Part shown: piece after piece, positions 28,674 through 41,945 of the stretch
Layout of the letters: each line of letters begins with the position of its first letter
Numbering within the stretch: position 1 is the first letter of the stretch
Assembly: GCF_006345805.1 (NCBI RefSeq)
Contig: NC_043005.1
Location: 74,648,001-74,712,000, forward strand
DNA: 64,000 nucleotides
Source: Octopus sinensis
Lineage: Eukaryota
Direction: 5' to 3'
Program-made: the position numbers and the translations under genes
Notes under the pieces: model-generated
Seen by the model: the letters and a program-made list of their open reading frames with translations, nothing else
The model's database searches: none
What the model was told of the DNA's origin: nothing

Positions 28674-30474
28674 GGCATTAAAGTGATAGAAACCAAGTGT
28701 ATAATACAAGTTATTACATATTTTAGATGATGTTCTGGAAAATAATTCTTTCTGTTTTGTTCATTTCCTGCAATAGAAAAAGGATTTATTAGTCATATAA
28801 ATACATTTTGTTCCCTCATTTACAATTTTTAAATACAACTACAAAGCCTAACTATGATACATTACACACAAAAAATATAACAAAAAACAGAAAGCATTAT
28901 TCAGAGAGGAAAAAAAAAAGAGCCTGACAATGTTAACTGATGCATAGGATTGAGGAAGAAGCAGTCAAACTACAAAACAGTCCATCAAGAGACTCTCCCA
29001 GCACTCTTTTTTCCAGACAGCAAAAACATAGGACAAATGTGTTCACATTTGTTATATATTCTCTCACAGCTAGGCTTTCTAATATTTAAATTTATAAACA
29101 CAAACACAGAAGAAGGGGTGGAAGATATTAAGAAGGAAAGCATGAGCAAGACTATGACAAAGAGTGGTGAAAAGAATGGCAATAAAGCTGGACAACAGAG
29201 AGAGAAAATTAGAGAAAATAATGTGATAGCAGAGGTGTAGACAGAGGCAATGACAGAACAGAGAGAAATGCAAGAGAGGGATTCCTCTGAGAAATGAAGA
29301 GGAAAGGTGGAGATAGACCAGCATCGAGAAGATGATAATTCAAGTAAAAACTAAGAATTACTGAAAAGAGGCATAAATAAACCTGTTATTTTTAAAGGAT
29401 ATTATGCAGTGTGTGTGTTGACAACCACTTTCAATAAAGTGTTCTGTGTACTATAAGAGATAGATTTACATAACTTATTCGTAGAGTTAATTGTTTGGCT
29501 ACTTCTATATTACTTCAACCAGACACTAGCAGCATCAAGTTTCAACTTCCTTTGCAAAGCTAAACAAGGTCTGCTCACAATGATACCGACCATATTTTCC
29601 AGCATATAAATTGATGCAGTATGTAGTGTAAACATTCACTGTCATTCCAAATCTTGCTGCATTTAAATTTTACATGAAAGTTTTGGTCCGCCAAAGCCAT
29701 TTTGGTGTAGAAGCTGACCTACCTTTATTGGTTGAAAATTTCAACTTGAATGCCGGAAAATATAGCATCTCCAGTTGAGATGATATATAAATTATACACA
29801 CATTAACTCTATGAACAAATATACACACACACACACACCCACACACTTTATCTTTTACTTGTTTCAGTCATTAGACTGTGGCCATACTGGGGCACTGCCT
29901 TGAATTTTTAGTCGAATCAATTCAATCCAGTACTTATTTTTTTAAGCTTGGTATTTATTTTATCGGTTTCTTTCGCTAAACTGCTGTTACAGGGATGTAA
30001 ACAAACTAACACTGGTTGGGGACAAACACAGACACACACATATATGCATCACATTAAGTGATGATCATCATGACAAGCTTCTTACAGTTTCCATCAACCA
30101 AATCCTTTCACAAGGCTTTTGGTCAGCCTGAAGCTATAGTAGAAGAAATTGCCCAAAGTGTACACACAATCAGATTCCAAAGAGACTGGTATTGGTCTAC
30201 ATTGACAAGACTTACCTTATTTAGTAAAACTGACAAAATGAGTATATGAGAGTGGAGTGGGGGTAATCCCACATTTTACACAGAGTCCTTCATCAGGGAA
30301 AAGTTGACAGAAAAGAATTTGAAGAGACACAGCAGGGTTTTTCATCTCTTAAATTTCTCTGTCAACTTTTCCCAGAAGGGCTCAAACCAAAACATTAAAT
30401 TTTCCACTCTGCACAGTAAGTTCATTATACTCTGTTGTTAATTTTAACATGTGTGTGTGTATATACACACATGT

Positions 30475-30762
30475 GGAGGCGCAATGGCCCAGCGGTTAGG
30501 GCAGAGGACTCGCGGTTGTAGGATCGGTTTTGATTCCCAAGCTGGGCGTTTTGAGTGTTTATTAAGTGAAAACACCTAAAGCTCCATGAGGCTCCGGTAA
30601 GGGGTGGTGGCAATCCCTGATGTACTCTTTCGCCACAACTTTCTCTCGCTCTTGGCCTGCTCACTTAGCCAGCGGGGTGTCGTCATTTGAAGTCTAAACC
30701 AATGCGAACCGCATTGTGACCAGTGATGTGTAGCAACATCTGATTACCCGGTCGGTCACGGT
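30475..30762 (+). mobile_element. tRNA-headed SINE
   Basis: GGCGCAATGGCCCAGCGGTTAGG head and TTTGATTCCC B-box-like motif with a long non-tRNA body. Confidence 0.55.
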
Positions 30763-31157
30763 GATACACACACACCCACACACATATATATACACATATA
30801 CACAAACAAGCAATACACACATAAAGGTAGAAGAGAAAGAGTTTTCTTAATGTAATCTACATAATTATTCCAACCAGTTGTATCCACCTACAGCTAGACA
30901 GACTGAGCCATCAAGAATTAAATATTGCGATGAACACAAACTACCGATCCTATCAGCTTTATGTAAGTAACAATTAGTTGAGTTGAAAATTCCATCCTCT
31001 GTAGTACCAAAACATTTTGACAGGAGGGGAAAAAAAAGGATTCTCACAATTCCATATCCCATTAAAAATAAAAATTGGATCCTACACCTCACCACAATTC
31101 TCCCAGGCTGCACTAATAGGGTGTATGCTCCACGTTGGGAATCACTGCATTAACCAT

Positions 31158-31378
31158 TTAACCCTTTTGTTACTGTATTTATTTTGATGCTCTTGGTTTC
31201 TTTCAATTACTTTAAATATAACAAAGAATTTAGTAAAATAACTTAGTTATCATTCATCTAGTGTTAGGAACATAAATTGTGACTAAGGTTTGGTGGAAGA
31301 TTTTAATTCAAAACTTATGAGAACAAGACATTTGTACTACAGAGCCAGTTTCAGCCAGGTTGGTAATGAAAAGGTTAA
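31158..31378. mobile_element. piggyBac-type MITE (TTAA-CCCTTTTGTTAC family)
   Basis: TTAA-flanked CCCTTT TIRs. Copies at 32667-32893 (same orientation), and 33815-34044 and 24610-24833 (opposite orientation). Confidence 0.75.
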
Positions 31379-31561
31379 ACTGGGCATATCAGGCTCAAAT
31401 ATTTTACCTATTTTGTGTTCAAAGCAGCCAGATCCAGTCTCTCTCACCTACCCTACAATATCATTCTCAAAATAGACAATCATCGAAATAGTAAAGCTAT
31501 GAGATTATGCAAAATAGATTCAGAACAATGTGAGTAAACAAGCATTACATCTCTACATAAA

Positions 31562-32623
31562 TATGAAGTGGTATCAAAGAGCTCCCATACTAGTTATACT
31601 CTTACTCTATTTGTTTCAGTCATTTGACTGTGGCCATGCTGAAGCACCACCTATAGTTGAGCAAATCGCCCCCAGGACATATTCTTTGTAAGCCTAGTAC
31701 TTATTCTATAGGTCTCTTTTGCCAAACCGCTAAGTTATGGGAACATAAACACACCAGCATTGGGTGTCAAGCAATGTTGGGGGGGGGGGACAAACACAGA
31801 CACACAAACATATACATACACATATATATATACATATATACGATGGTCTTCTTTCAGTTTCCATCTACCAAATCCACTCACAAAGTTTTGGTCAGCCCAA
31901 GGCTATAGTAGAGGTCACTTGCCCAAGGCGCCACGCAGTGGGACTGAACCTGGAACCATGTGGTTGGTAAACAAGCTACTTACCACACAGCCACTCCTTA
32001 TGTTTGATAAAAAATAACTTATTTACCTAAGTTTTAACATCTCCTTCCAAATAGTCACCTTCTGGCCTCAGTGTTCCTGTCACTTTTGGAATCCAGCTTG
32101 GAAGTTAGTTTCCATAAGTGAGTCGAGGACTTTCTATGATTTGCTCTGGATCCCAACAACCATGTTAAAGCAGCATTGTCGTTGTGAATAATCCAGTTCT
32201 TCACACTCTACAGATCCGGTCACTTTTGCCAAACATCCTCACTCAAATGTTTCAGAACATCGCAGTACAACTCTCAACTGATGGTCTGGCCCTGGAGGAC
32301 AAACTCTCGATGCACAATACCACATTTTCAAGAGTGATGCTCATGGCATCTTTGAAATGCCCATACCACACGACCCATTGCCTTGTCATCACAAGCCTGC
32401 TGAAGCATGCTCAATGTCTCTAGCAGACTTCCCAAGTTTAACACAAAATTTCACATTGGCTATTTGTTCCTGTGATCACAAAAACACAAATTTCACAACT
32501 TGCGAAGTAAACATAGTGTTGTCACTCAGCACACTGCTAGCTCTTACTGCACACGCAACCATGTGCTGCCATCTGTTGGCACACTACAGAACTAGTCCGG
32601 GAACTTTTTGATACCACCTCATA
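31562..32623 (-). mobile_element. Deleted mariner element with CORE-SINE insertion (31600-31998)
   Basis: TA-flanked TIRs TGAAGTGGTATCAAAGAGCTCCC / revcomp TGAGGTGGTATCAAAAAGTTCCC. Minus-strand translation gives ETLSMLQQA and GIVHREFVLQGQTI..ELYCDVLK..WIIHNDNA. Confidence 0.85.
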
Positions 32624-35600
32624 TCAAACACGTTTTTATAGATTTAACACATACACTATTATAACCTTAACCCTTTTGTTACTGTATTTATTTTGAGATG
32701 CTGTGTTTCTTTCAATAGTTTTAAATATAACAAAGAATTTAGTAAAATAGCTTAGTTATCATTAAGCTAGTGTTAGGAACATGAATTGCGACTAAGGTTT
32801 GGTGGCATATTTTAAATCAAAACTTATGAAAACAAGACATTTGTACTACAGAGGCAGAGCCTGTTTTGGCCGGGTTGGTAACGAAAGGGTTAAAGAAGCA
32901 GTTAAATTATTCTTTCATAATGTTATTCTTCAAATTTCTTTTCAGTCCTAAATTCCTAGGTCTGAATTCTTCCTGAACTTGACACAATTACTTCCAGTCA
33001 TTTCAAAACTAACAAACTCTAAACGATGTAAAGTGTTTTAATCAAAACTTGTTCAGAAGCACAACAGAAGCTCTTATCAAACAACATTAATCCGTTTAAA
33101 TGTCTCAGTTTCACTATGTGCGTGTGTGTGTGTGTGTGTGTGTTTGAGGCAGAGAGATAAAAGATTAGGAATAGTGTTATTATTTATTTAGTGCTTTTAA
33201 AAAAATAATCCTAAATGGTTGATTTAAAAGGGAACAAAAGCTGGTGAAGAGTTTTACAAAAAACTGTCTTCCACATGTAATGAATTAGAGTTCATTTCAC
33301 CTAAGTGTGTAATCCAGTAGCCCAAAGGTAAATATCACAGGTAAAAAAAAAAGGATTCAAGTTGAAGTAGTTATTAATAGAAAGAAGAAAAAGAGGTAGT
33401 TTAAAAAAATGAATTCTGTGATAATATTCCCTTTGTCAGCCCCACTATTTCACTAAAGGTATTAACAAAGGGGTTATTAAGTTTGAATTTACAAACAAGA
33501 TCAACTGGAAAAGAGTATTTCAGTCGTTCATATTTATAAACCATACTTAAAATTATGTAAGTCCGAAATTTTAGACATCAGTTATAATTGAATATCATAA
33601 GACACCAAAATTATCCTAACGGCACACTATAAAACTATGGCCACCAAAGTACAAGCAATAGATCATGTAATGTACAGATATGGACCGGATACATTTACAT
33701 GCTAATAATACTATAAATATAACACTTTAACTATGAAAGATAAACCATACCTTTATAACTTTCAAATTTCATTTGAGATTCAGCAGTACCTGTGTAGTAG
33801 TAATGTCCTAGTCATTAACCCTTTTGATACCAACCCGTCCGAAACCGCCTCTGGCTCTGTAGTACAAATGCCTTGTTTTTAAAAGTTCTGAATTAAAATC
33901 ATTCAACCAACCTTAGTCACAATTTGTATTCCTAACACCAGCTTAATGATAACTAAGTTATTTTACTAAATTCTTTGTTATATCTAAAATTAATCAAAAG
34001 AAACACAGAGCATCTCTAAATAAATACGGTAACAAAAGGGTTAAGTTACTGAGAAGATTTGCTTGTGTTAGTAATATGGAAGGTTATTAAAATTTAAATA
34101 TTAGTAGCAGTTTGAGAAAACTGATAACAACAGTGACTCATTAGATTACTACAGCAGATCATATGATTAAGTAGTAACTCAACAGGAGATGGAGAAGTTG
34201 GTGATATCAAACCACTGATAACATTATCACAATGAGCAGATGTACACGGGGAACGATATTTAGGAGTTATCTGTTTAGCTTATGTAGAGCTTCTCGGCAT
34301 TCAGTTTTAATCTAGGAAGTGCTTTCCAAAACAAGTCAGATATGCTACATTCACAGTAAATTTCTTGTAATGTACTATTTGGTCAACCCCATAAAAGAGT
34401 GGGTTTACCATTACTCTTAATTGTCTGCCAAGTAATTTTTCAGTTGGAAATAACTTGCATGCATTTGATGCACTGCAAAAGTTCAAAAACCCCTCAAAAT
34501 TATTTCTTTATCGCCCAAAAGGGGCTAAACATAGAGGGAACAAACAAGGACAGATAAAGGGATTAAGTCGATTATATCGACCCCAGTGCATAACTGGTAC
34601 TTACTTCATCGACCTCGGAAGGATGAAAGGCAATGTCAGGCTTCTATAATGCAGAATTGATTGTTTGCTCAATTCTTTCTGCTGCAACATTAGACTTTTA
34701 GACTATGGGTCGTACAATTTCTTTGCAATGTGGTTAGTTTAACCCTTTAGCATTTAACTTGGCCAAATCTTAGCCAAATATTCTGTTTTATGATTAAACT
34801 GACCAAAACTTGCCTATCAAACCTACCCTACAATGTCACTCTAAAAACAAACCTTTGCATCATCAAAATCTTGAAGCTATGAAATGCTGCATGATGAATT
34901 CAAAACAATGTGAAATAAACAAACATCAGAACTGACTGAACTAATCTGAATGCTAAAGGGTTAAGTAGTCTTTTAATTGAATAAATTCTGAGTCATACTG
35001 CAATCTACTAAGAGCATCAATATGACTGATGGTTTTACCAAGGAATGTGAATGATTTTGAAATCATACTGCAATGGTATGAGGGCTTGTCTAGCAATCCA
35101 CTGAGAAAGTCACCTGGGAACATCAAGATTCTTAACCAAAAGACATTGGTGTGAAAGAGAGACTCTTATGAGTGAATCTGGTAGATAGTAACTAAAAGAA
35201 ACCCATCATATCATGTGTGTGTGTGTGTATAAGTATACGTTACTGTGACTTGCTTTGACATCATATGATTGATGTAAACGAGTGTCACCAACATATGCAT
35301 TTATCCTTCATATCCAATTTTCCATGAAAACATGTCCAGTCATATGGAAATATTACCTTACTTGGAAACAAGAGAGGATTGGTGAGAGGAAGTATGTCCA
35401 ACTGTAGAAAATCTGCTCAACAAAATTCCTTCTGACCCATGCAGGCATGAGAAAGTGGACATTAAAACAATGATGATGATGCATGCATACTAAACCTTAA
35501 CACGGAATCATTAGCTGGTTCTCCTTAGTTTAAGACTAAATATTTTAACCTGTTTAATATGATCTTTTTGGAGTACACTCATGTCTTCAAAGCATGTAAA

Positions 35601-35667
35601 CCATTCAAATTAACAATTTTGAATTGTTGAAGGATATTAAAACATCTTTAGATATCCCACTAGGGTA

Positions 35668-36176
35668 TGAAAATACCTCACATAGTGATGAGTGTGCTCT
35701 GCATAGTTATGGGCTGCCCTTTGGCAAGGGATGGTAGCTGTTCAGTCACACTGCCAGGGACACAGCAAAATCATGGGATTGAAGCATGGTGGATTGTGAA
35801 GAAGTAGCGAAAGAGCTCAACTGAGCTGACGGTATTTCTTACATTGAAAATACCTAACATAGTGATGAGTGTGCTCTGCATAGTTATGGGCTGCCTTTTG
35901 GCAAGGGATGGTAGCTGTTTAGTCACACAGCAAAATCATGGGATTGAAGCATGGTGGATTGTGAAGAAGTAGCGAAAGAGCTCAACTGAGCTGACGGTAT
36001 TTCTTACATTGAAAATACCTAACATAGTGATGAGTGTGCTCTGCATAGTTATGGGCTGCCTTTTGGCAAGGGATGGTAGCTGTTTAGTCACACAGCAAAA
36101 TCATGGGATTGAAGCATGGTGGATTGTGAAGAAGTAGCGAAAGAGCTCAACTGAGCTGACGGTATTTCTTACATTG
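35668..36176. repeat. Tandem triplication of a 165-177 bp unit
   Basis: CATAGTGATGAGTGTG recurs at 35681, 35858 and 36023. Units 2 and 3 share a 12-bp deletion. Confidence 0.95.
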
Positions 36177-36309
36177 ATGCAGAGGAATTCTAGAAGATCA
36201 ACAGTCAGGATCACCAAATTCTGTCAAGAGAGTAACTGCATTGCATCCATAAGGGTGGTGTCCATGGTTGCACAATCAGCTAATGAAAGATTCATTGTGA
36301 CTCCAGCTC

Positions 36310-37222
36310 TCAATTCAAATTTATGATATCAGAGACCTGGATGTAATTGTTGATAACAATCTCAGTTGGAGTGCCCACATCAACAATAAGGTCGATATAG
36401 CTCGTAGGATGAGCTCCTGGATCTTAAGAACCTTCCGGTCCAGAGAACAAGGTATCATCATTCCACTCTTCTCCTTTCTATGGCCACACCTTGAATACTG
36501 CTGCCCCTTATGGTCTCCCCATACAAAACAAAACATCTCGAGGATTGAATCACCCCAGAGGGTACTCACTAAACGAATTGAAGGCATGACTGATCTCGCT
36601 TACTGGGACCGCCTTAAAGCCTTGAAACTCTACTCTCTCCAGAGCCGCTGCGAACAGTACATCATTTGTACGATGTGGAGAATATACCGCCAACATTGCC
36701 CAAATGACCTGAACATTAGTTTCAAGGTTCATCCAAAGCTGGGACCACGGGACATACGTCCCCTGACCAATTCAAGATAAAAATATATAGGTACACTGCG
36801 ACATAATTTCTTTTCCTCAACAGGCCCTGCCCTGTTTGACATTGTCCCAAAACTGATTAAAGAGGAAAAGGATCCCATCACCTTTAAACAGAGTCTGGAG
36901 AAGTTTCTTCAAGGAATACCAGATAAGCCACCCATACCTGGATACAACTCACTCAACAAGAACTCACTACCTGAATGGACCAGGATCTTTTCGGTTTGAA
37001 CGGCAGTTTTCAACATAATTTCTAGGTAACTAAAAAATATTAAAAATTTTTTAGTTACCTAGAAATTATGTTAAAAACTGCCGTTCAAACCGAAAAGATC
37101 CATGGACCATAATCAAAACTTGACTTAAAAGGATTTAGATAATCCTACCAGGTGGTGTTATTAAGTCAGACATGGCCTGGACCAATCTTTGGTCAAAACA
37201 TATCTAAGTTTTATATATATAT
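36310..37222 (+). mobile_element. CR1/L2-group LINE 3' fragment (RT C-terminus to tail)
   Basis: PHLEYCCPLWSPH...IESPQRVLTKRIEGM.DLAYWDRLKALKLYSL is the canonical CR1-type post-RT motif. Confidence 0.85.
36983..37101. mobile_element. Palindromic mini-MITE (Merlin-type, GGATCTTTTC family)
   Basis: Near-perfect 119-bp inverted repeat. Exact 8-bp TSD ATGGACCA at 36975-36982 and 37102-37109. Confidence 0.85.
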
Positions 37223-37385
37223 ATATACCTACTCGTATGTATACACACACGCTCAGATTCAACAAACTAACAATTTCCCAGCTTCACCACAATATCCAGT
37301 TCTTGCTTCATTTCTCCACTATTCGTTGGGTATTTTACAAAATAAAATCTTAATTCTAAGGAAAAGAAACACAGACACTACTTAC

Positions 37386-37560
37386 GTTGAACCCAAGTCG
37401 AGCAAGTGAAAGGTAAAAAAAAAATGTTTATAATAATCACAGAGCCGCAACAGAAAATTCAAAACTTGAGACATCTGTTATAAACTGAGTATCATATTTC
37501 ACCAACGTTATCCAAGCGGTACGGCACAACCATAAAACTGTTGCTCGTCGTCGCTAAAAA
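37386..37560 (-). promoter_or_regulatory. Probable non-coding first exon / promoter of the minus-strand gene
   Basis: Strong donor AAC|GTAAGT at 37386/37385. CpGs are retained here and to the right but are scarce through the gene body. TSS position is approximate. Confidence 0.5.
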
Positions 37561-39504
37561 AAAAGTACTAACCACGTGCAAGCATGCAAAATACATTCAA
37601 CGTCACAACAAAATTAGCATAACAATGGTATCAAATTTCCATTGGGTGGAATTCTGGTTTAAGAGCACCCCATACAACCCCTCGAAACTTTTTTTTAATT
37701 TTTGGAATTTTCGGGAAATTTTTGCGAATTTGTTCTACACAGAGGAATTCATTGTAGTATGAAAAAAATTTTTTGAGTTCGTATGATTTAAGCACGATTT
37801 AGCTGAGATACTGACTAGATGTTAACATTAATTAATACGGAATATCTTCTTTAATCAGCAATTTCGACCCAGTACTTGACTAGTACTTTATTTTCTCGCT
37901 TTGGTATAAAAATATAGCAGACAATTCCAGGTGTCGTTTTTTGGCGTTAAGATTAATCGCTTATATACACGCATTCATACATACATACATACATAATACT
38001 TTCAGCTGTCTATCGTATGTCACCGTAGCATCACCGTACACAAATAGATAAGGAAAACTAAATGCTTTCCATACGATGTCGGTTTATCAGCTGGAATCGT
38101 TGAAATACTGTTGACATGATAACCAGGATTGATTCCACGCTGATAAACATGATAAACTTACAAGACGGAGAGAAGGCCTTACATGGTCGTTTGATTCGCT
38201 AGAAATAGCAGCCAAATACTCCACAAATCACACACTAGCGTCTTTAAAATCGATTTAAGACAGCACTCTATAACATAGTGTAGGTAGACTATGCACATAC
38301 AATAAAGCAAAGGTGGGAAGCATTTGATCATAGATTAGTTCAATCAAGACCCACCTAGGACTAAACAATATCTAAAAATGAGACATAACAGTAAACACGA
38401 TAACTCAAAATATACTTTGGTGAAAAAAAAAAAAACCTATTCAATGAAAGTAAAACTTTTCCTTAAAAAATTTTAGAATGTTCTATCCATCATGTCTGGC
38501 TAGCAAGCTATAAAGCCTATGCGTTAAGCATGATTTTTACATCGGGTTAAAATCTGAAGAAAAACAAAAAAAAAAAAGCAATGGTAAGTTGGGACAAGAG
38601 AAGTAAAAGATTTATACATTTTGCTAAGACTGAAATCTAATGGTAAATAGAATATATTTATATAAAGTAAACGTTCGTAACTATACACAAGCCCGTATTA
38701 GCAACATCATGGGTCTCTGGACAAATCAACACACTGGGCCCCTAAATCTGTGAGGCCGTTTGTGTACATGCCTTCAAACAAAACACACTATACAAAAATT
38801 GTTTTCTCATTACGAACACTAAACAGAAAATATGTAGGCAAGATATTAAATGGTTTGTAAATATATGGGTTATCATAATATATGTTATAAAATTGTAATA
38901 CACCCCAATAACTACAGAGAGGAAATATACACGTTCATTCGTGCATGCACATTAAAAAAAGGTATTCAGTTACTGAATTATAACAGAAAATCATATTTCG
39001 ACGAGAGGAATAAAAACATTTCATGGTTTAACTTCATAAAAAAGAAAAAAACTAATTACGTTGTTTAAAAATTAAAAGAATACAATTAAATCCAAATATG
39101 AAATCACGTTTAAGTGTGCAAGATACATATTAGAAATTAACAACACTAAAATAATTAGTGAAATCCAGGTGTGTTCTTTATTAGAAGGAAGCTAGCACTG
39201 TTTGTACATGGTGTGATTAGTGGTGAAAATGTTACTCTAACACGTCGTCCCGTTCAATATCAGTGGAACCCCACTTGAAGTTTTAAGTGACTTGCAATGC
39301 AACAGTTAAAGGACAATTTTGCAGGCACACAAATATAATTTAAAAACTAAACGATGTTATCAATTGTTTTTACATTCAACTAACAGCTCGGATGTCATGA
39401 ATGTGGAAACCTTAAGTTTTCTAACATATAACAGTTTAACTTAGCTGCATAGTGTCGGAGTGCCATTTTCTTTCGTTTTCCACTCGTGTGTATGTGTATG
39501 TATG

Positions 39505-39543
<39 letters not shown>

Positions 39544-39707
39544 CCAGATAACCGAAGAGATGGTGTTGTGGATTTCCACTTCGGCATATGAAACTCAGAG
39601 TTTTATCTTGACTATCGAGTAATGTAACATATTATTGTATAGATACATTTCCTCTATTTACATAATATTGAGGTCTCTTTCTTTCTTTTGTTATCTTACC
39701 GTTTTCT

Positions 39708-39758
<51 letters not shown>

Positions 39759-40568
39759 AGCCATTATGGCTTATGCAGAATAGGTTACTAGCTTAATATA
39801 TTTCTTTACTGCCAACAAGGGGCTAAACATAGAGGGGACAAACAAGGATAGACAAACGGATTGAGACGATTACAGCGAAACTGGTACTTTATCGACCCCC
39901 GAAAGGATGAAAGGCAAAGTCGACCTCGGCAGAATTTGACCTCAGAACGTAACGACAGACGAAATACCTATTTCTTTATTACCCACAAGGGGCTAAACAC
40001 AGAGGGGACGAAATACCGCTAAGCATTTCGCCCGGCGCGCCTTAGGTTAGTGGATTAATAATAATAAACAAGTTACAAGCAGGAAGAAAAACCAAGCTTT
40101 CGTAATTCACCTTTGTACAAAATAAAACAAGGACACAATGACAGAACAATATGCGATATCTTCTGGACATATATAAATTTAGTTTCTAAAAGTATTAACG
40201 CATAAATACATAAATACCTGTAAATTTGTCCAGCAAGTTGAGTTAATCTGGTAAAATAAGCCATTAGACACAAACGGATGTTATTTGAATTTCGCTCCGT
40301 TCCAGCATGCATTACAAACAGGAAGTTGTGTCATAATATTCGTCCCACCTTCCTCTCTCTTTCTGTTATAGCACCCCTTCCACCACTTTTTTTCTTACTA
40401 TTTAATACAAACAGCTTTTAAGTATTTTTATCGCTTTTTCATTTCCTTGACCGCGCGCATTGAGCTGGTTGACCTATAATTGTTTCTGTATTTATAAGTA
40501 GCACTAGGGAAGGAGAGAGAGAGAGTCGATGTCACAGACTTCATTACCTGACTGATGTTATATTATGA

Positions 40569-41945
40569 CGCCGGGCGAAATGCTTAGCCGGATATTTCTT
40601 CTGCCGCTACGTTCTGAGTTCAAATTCCACCGAGGTCGACTTTGCCTTTCATCCTTTCGGGGTCGATAAATAAAGTACCAGTTTCGCACTGAGGTCTTGT
40701 CTGTCCTTGTTTGTCCCCTCTATGTTTAGCCCCCTGTAGACAGTAAAGAAATATATATTATCACCCTGGGCGAAATGCTTAGCGGATATTTCTTCTGCCG
40801 CTACGTTCTGAGTTCAAATTCCACCGAGGTCGACTTTGCCTTTCATCCTTTCGGGGTCGATAAATAAAGTACCAGTTACGCACTGGGGTCGATGTAATCG
40901 ACTTAATCCGTTTGTCTGTCTTTGTTTGTCCCCTCTATGTTTAGCCCCCTGTGGATTATAATAAGCAAATATTATCACGCCGAGCGAAAAGCTTAGCGGA
41001 TATTTCTTCTGCCGCTACCTTCTGAGTTCAAATTCCACCGAGGTCGACTTTGCCTTTCATCCTTTCGGGGTCGATAAATAAAGTACCAGTTTCGCACTGA
41101 GGTCTTGTCTGTCCTTGTTTGTCCCCTGTATGTTTAGCCCCCTGTAGACAGTAAAGAAATATATATTATCACCCTGGGCGAAATGCTTAGCGGATATTTC
41201 TTCTGCCGCTACGTTCTGAGTTCAAATTCCACCGAGGTCGACTTTGCCTTTCATCCTTTCGGGGTCGATAAATAAAGTACCAGTTTCGCACTGAGGTCTT
41301 GTTTGTCCCCTCTATGTTTAGCCCCTTGTGGGCAGTAAAGAATATATATTATCACCCTGGGCGAAATGCTTAGCGGATATTTCTTCTGCCGCTACGTTCT
41401 GAGTTCAAATTCCACCGAGGTCGACTTTGCCTTTCATCCTTTCGGGGTCGATAAATAAAGTACCAGTTTCGCACTGAGGTCTTGTTTGTCCCCTCTATGT
41501 TTAGCCCCTTGTGGGCAGTAAAGAAATATATATTATCACCCTGGGCGAAATGCTTAGCGGATATTTCTTCTGCCGCTACGTTCTGAGTTCAAATTCCGCC
41601 GAGGTCGACTTTGCCTTTCATCGTTTCGGGGTCGATAAATTAAGTACCAGTTACGCACTGGGGTCGATGTAATCGACTTAATCCGTTTGTCTGTCTTTGT
41701 TTGTCCCCTCTATGTTTAGCCCCCTGTGGATTATAATAAGCAAATATTATCACGCCGAGCGAAAAGCTTAGCGGATATTTCTTCTGCCGCTACCTTCTGA
41801 GTTCAAATTCCGCCGAGGTCGACTTTGCCTTTCATCCTTTCGGAGTCGATAAATTAAGTACCAGTTACGCACTGTGGTCGATGTAATCGACTTAATCCGT
41901 TTGTCTTCTCTGTGTTTAGCCCCTTGTGGGTAGTAAAGAAATAGG
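40569..41945 (+). repeat. Tandem array of seven ~180-215 bp SINE-derived monomers (degenerate further copies to ~42410)
   Basis: GGCGAAATGCTTAGC...GAGTTCAAATTCC...GTCGACTTTGCCTTTCATCCTTTCGGGGTCGATAAAT repeated head-to-tail at very high identity. Confidence 0.95.

Noticed and set aside
27306-28709. Assigning the host gene to a known family (e.g. haspin, Bora, claspin)
   Set aside because: No kinase or other diagnostic domain appears in the reconstructed exons. Only generic motifs are present.
20248-30762. tRNA genes at 20248, 22488 and 30475
   Set aside because: Only A/B-box heads are present, without a complete cloverleaf, and they continue into repeat bodies. They are SINE heads.
30894-30962. 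Possible plus-strand 69-nt exon (LDRLSHQELNIAMNTNYRSYQLY, AG...GTAAGT)
   Set aside because: No partner exons or promoter were found on the plus strand, so it is likely chance.
40569-41945. CRISPR-like regular repeat array
   Set aside because: Monomers are ~200-bp SINE copies with no unique spacers, the context is eukaryotic, and there are no cas genes.
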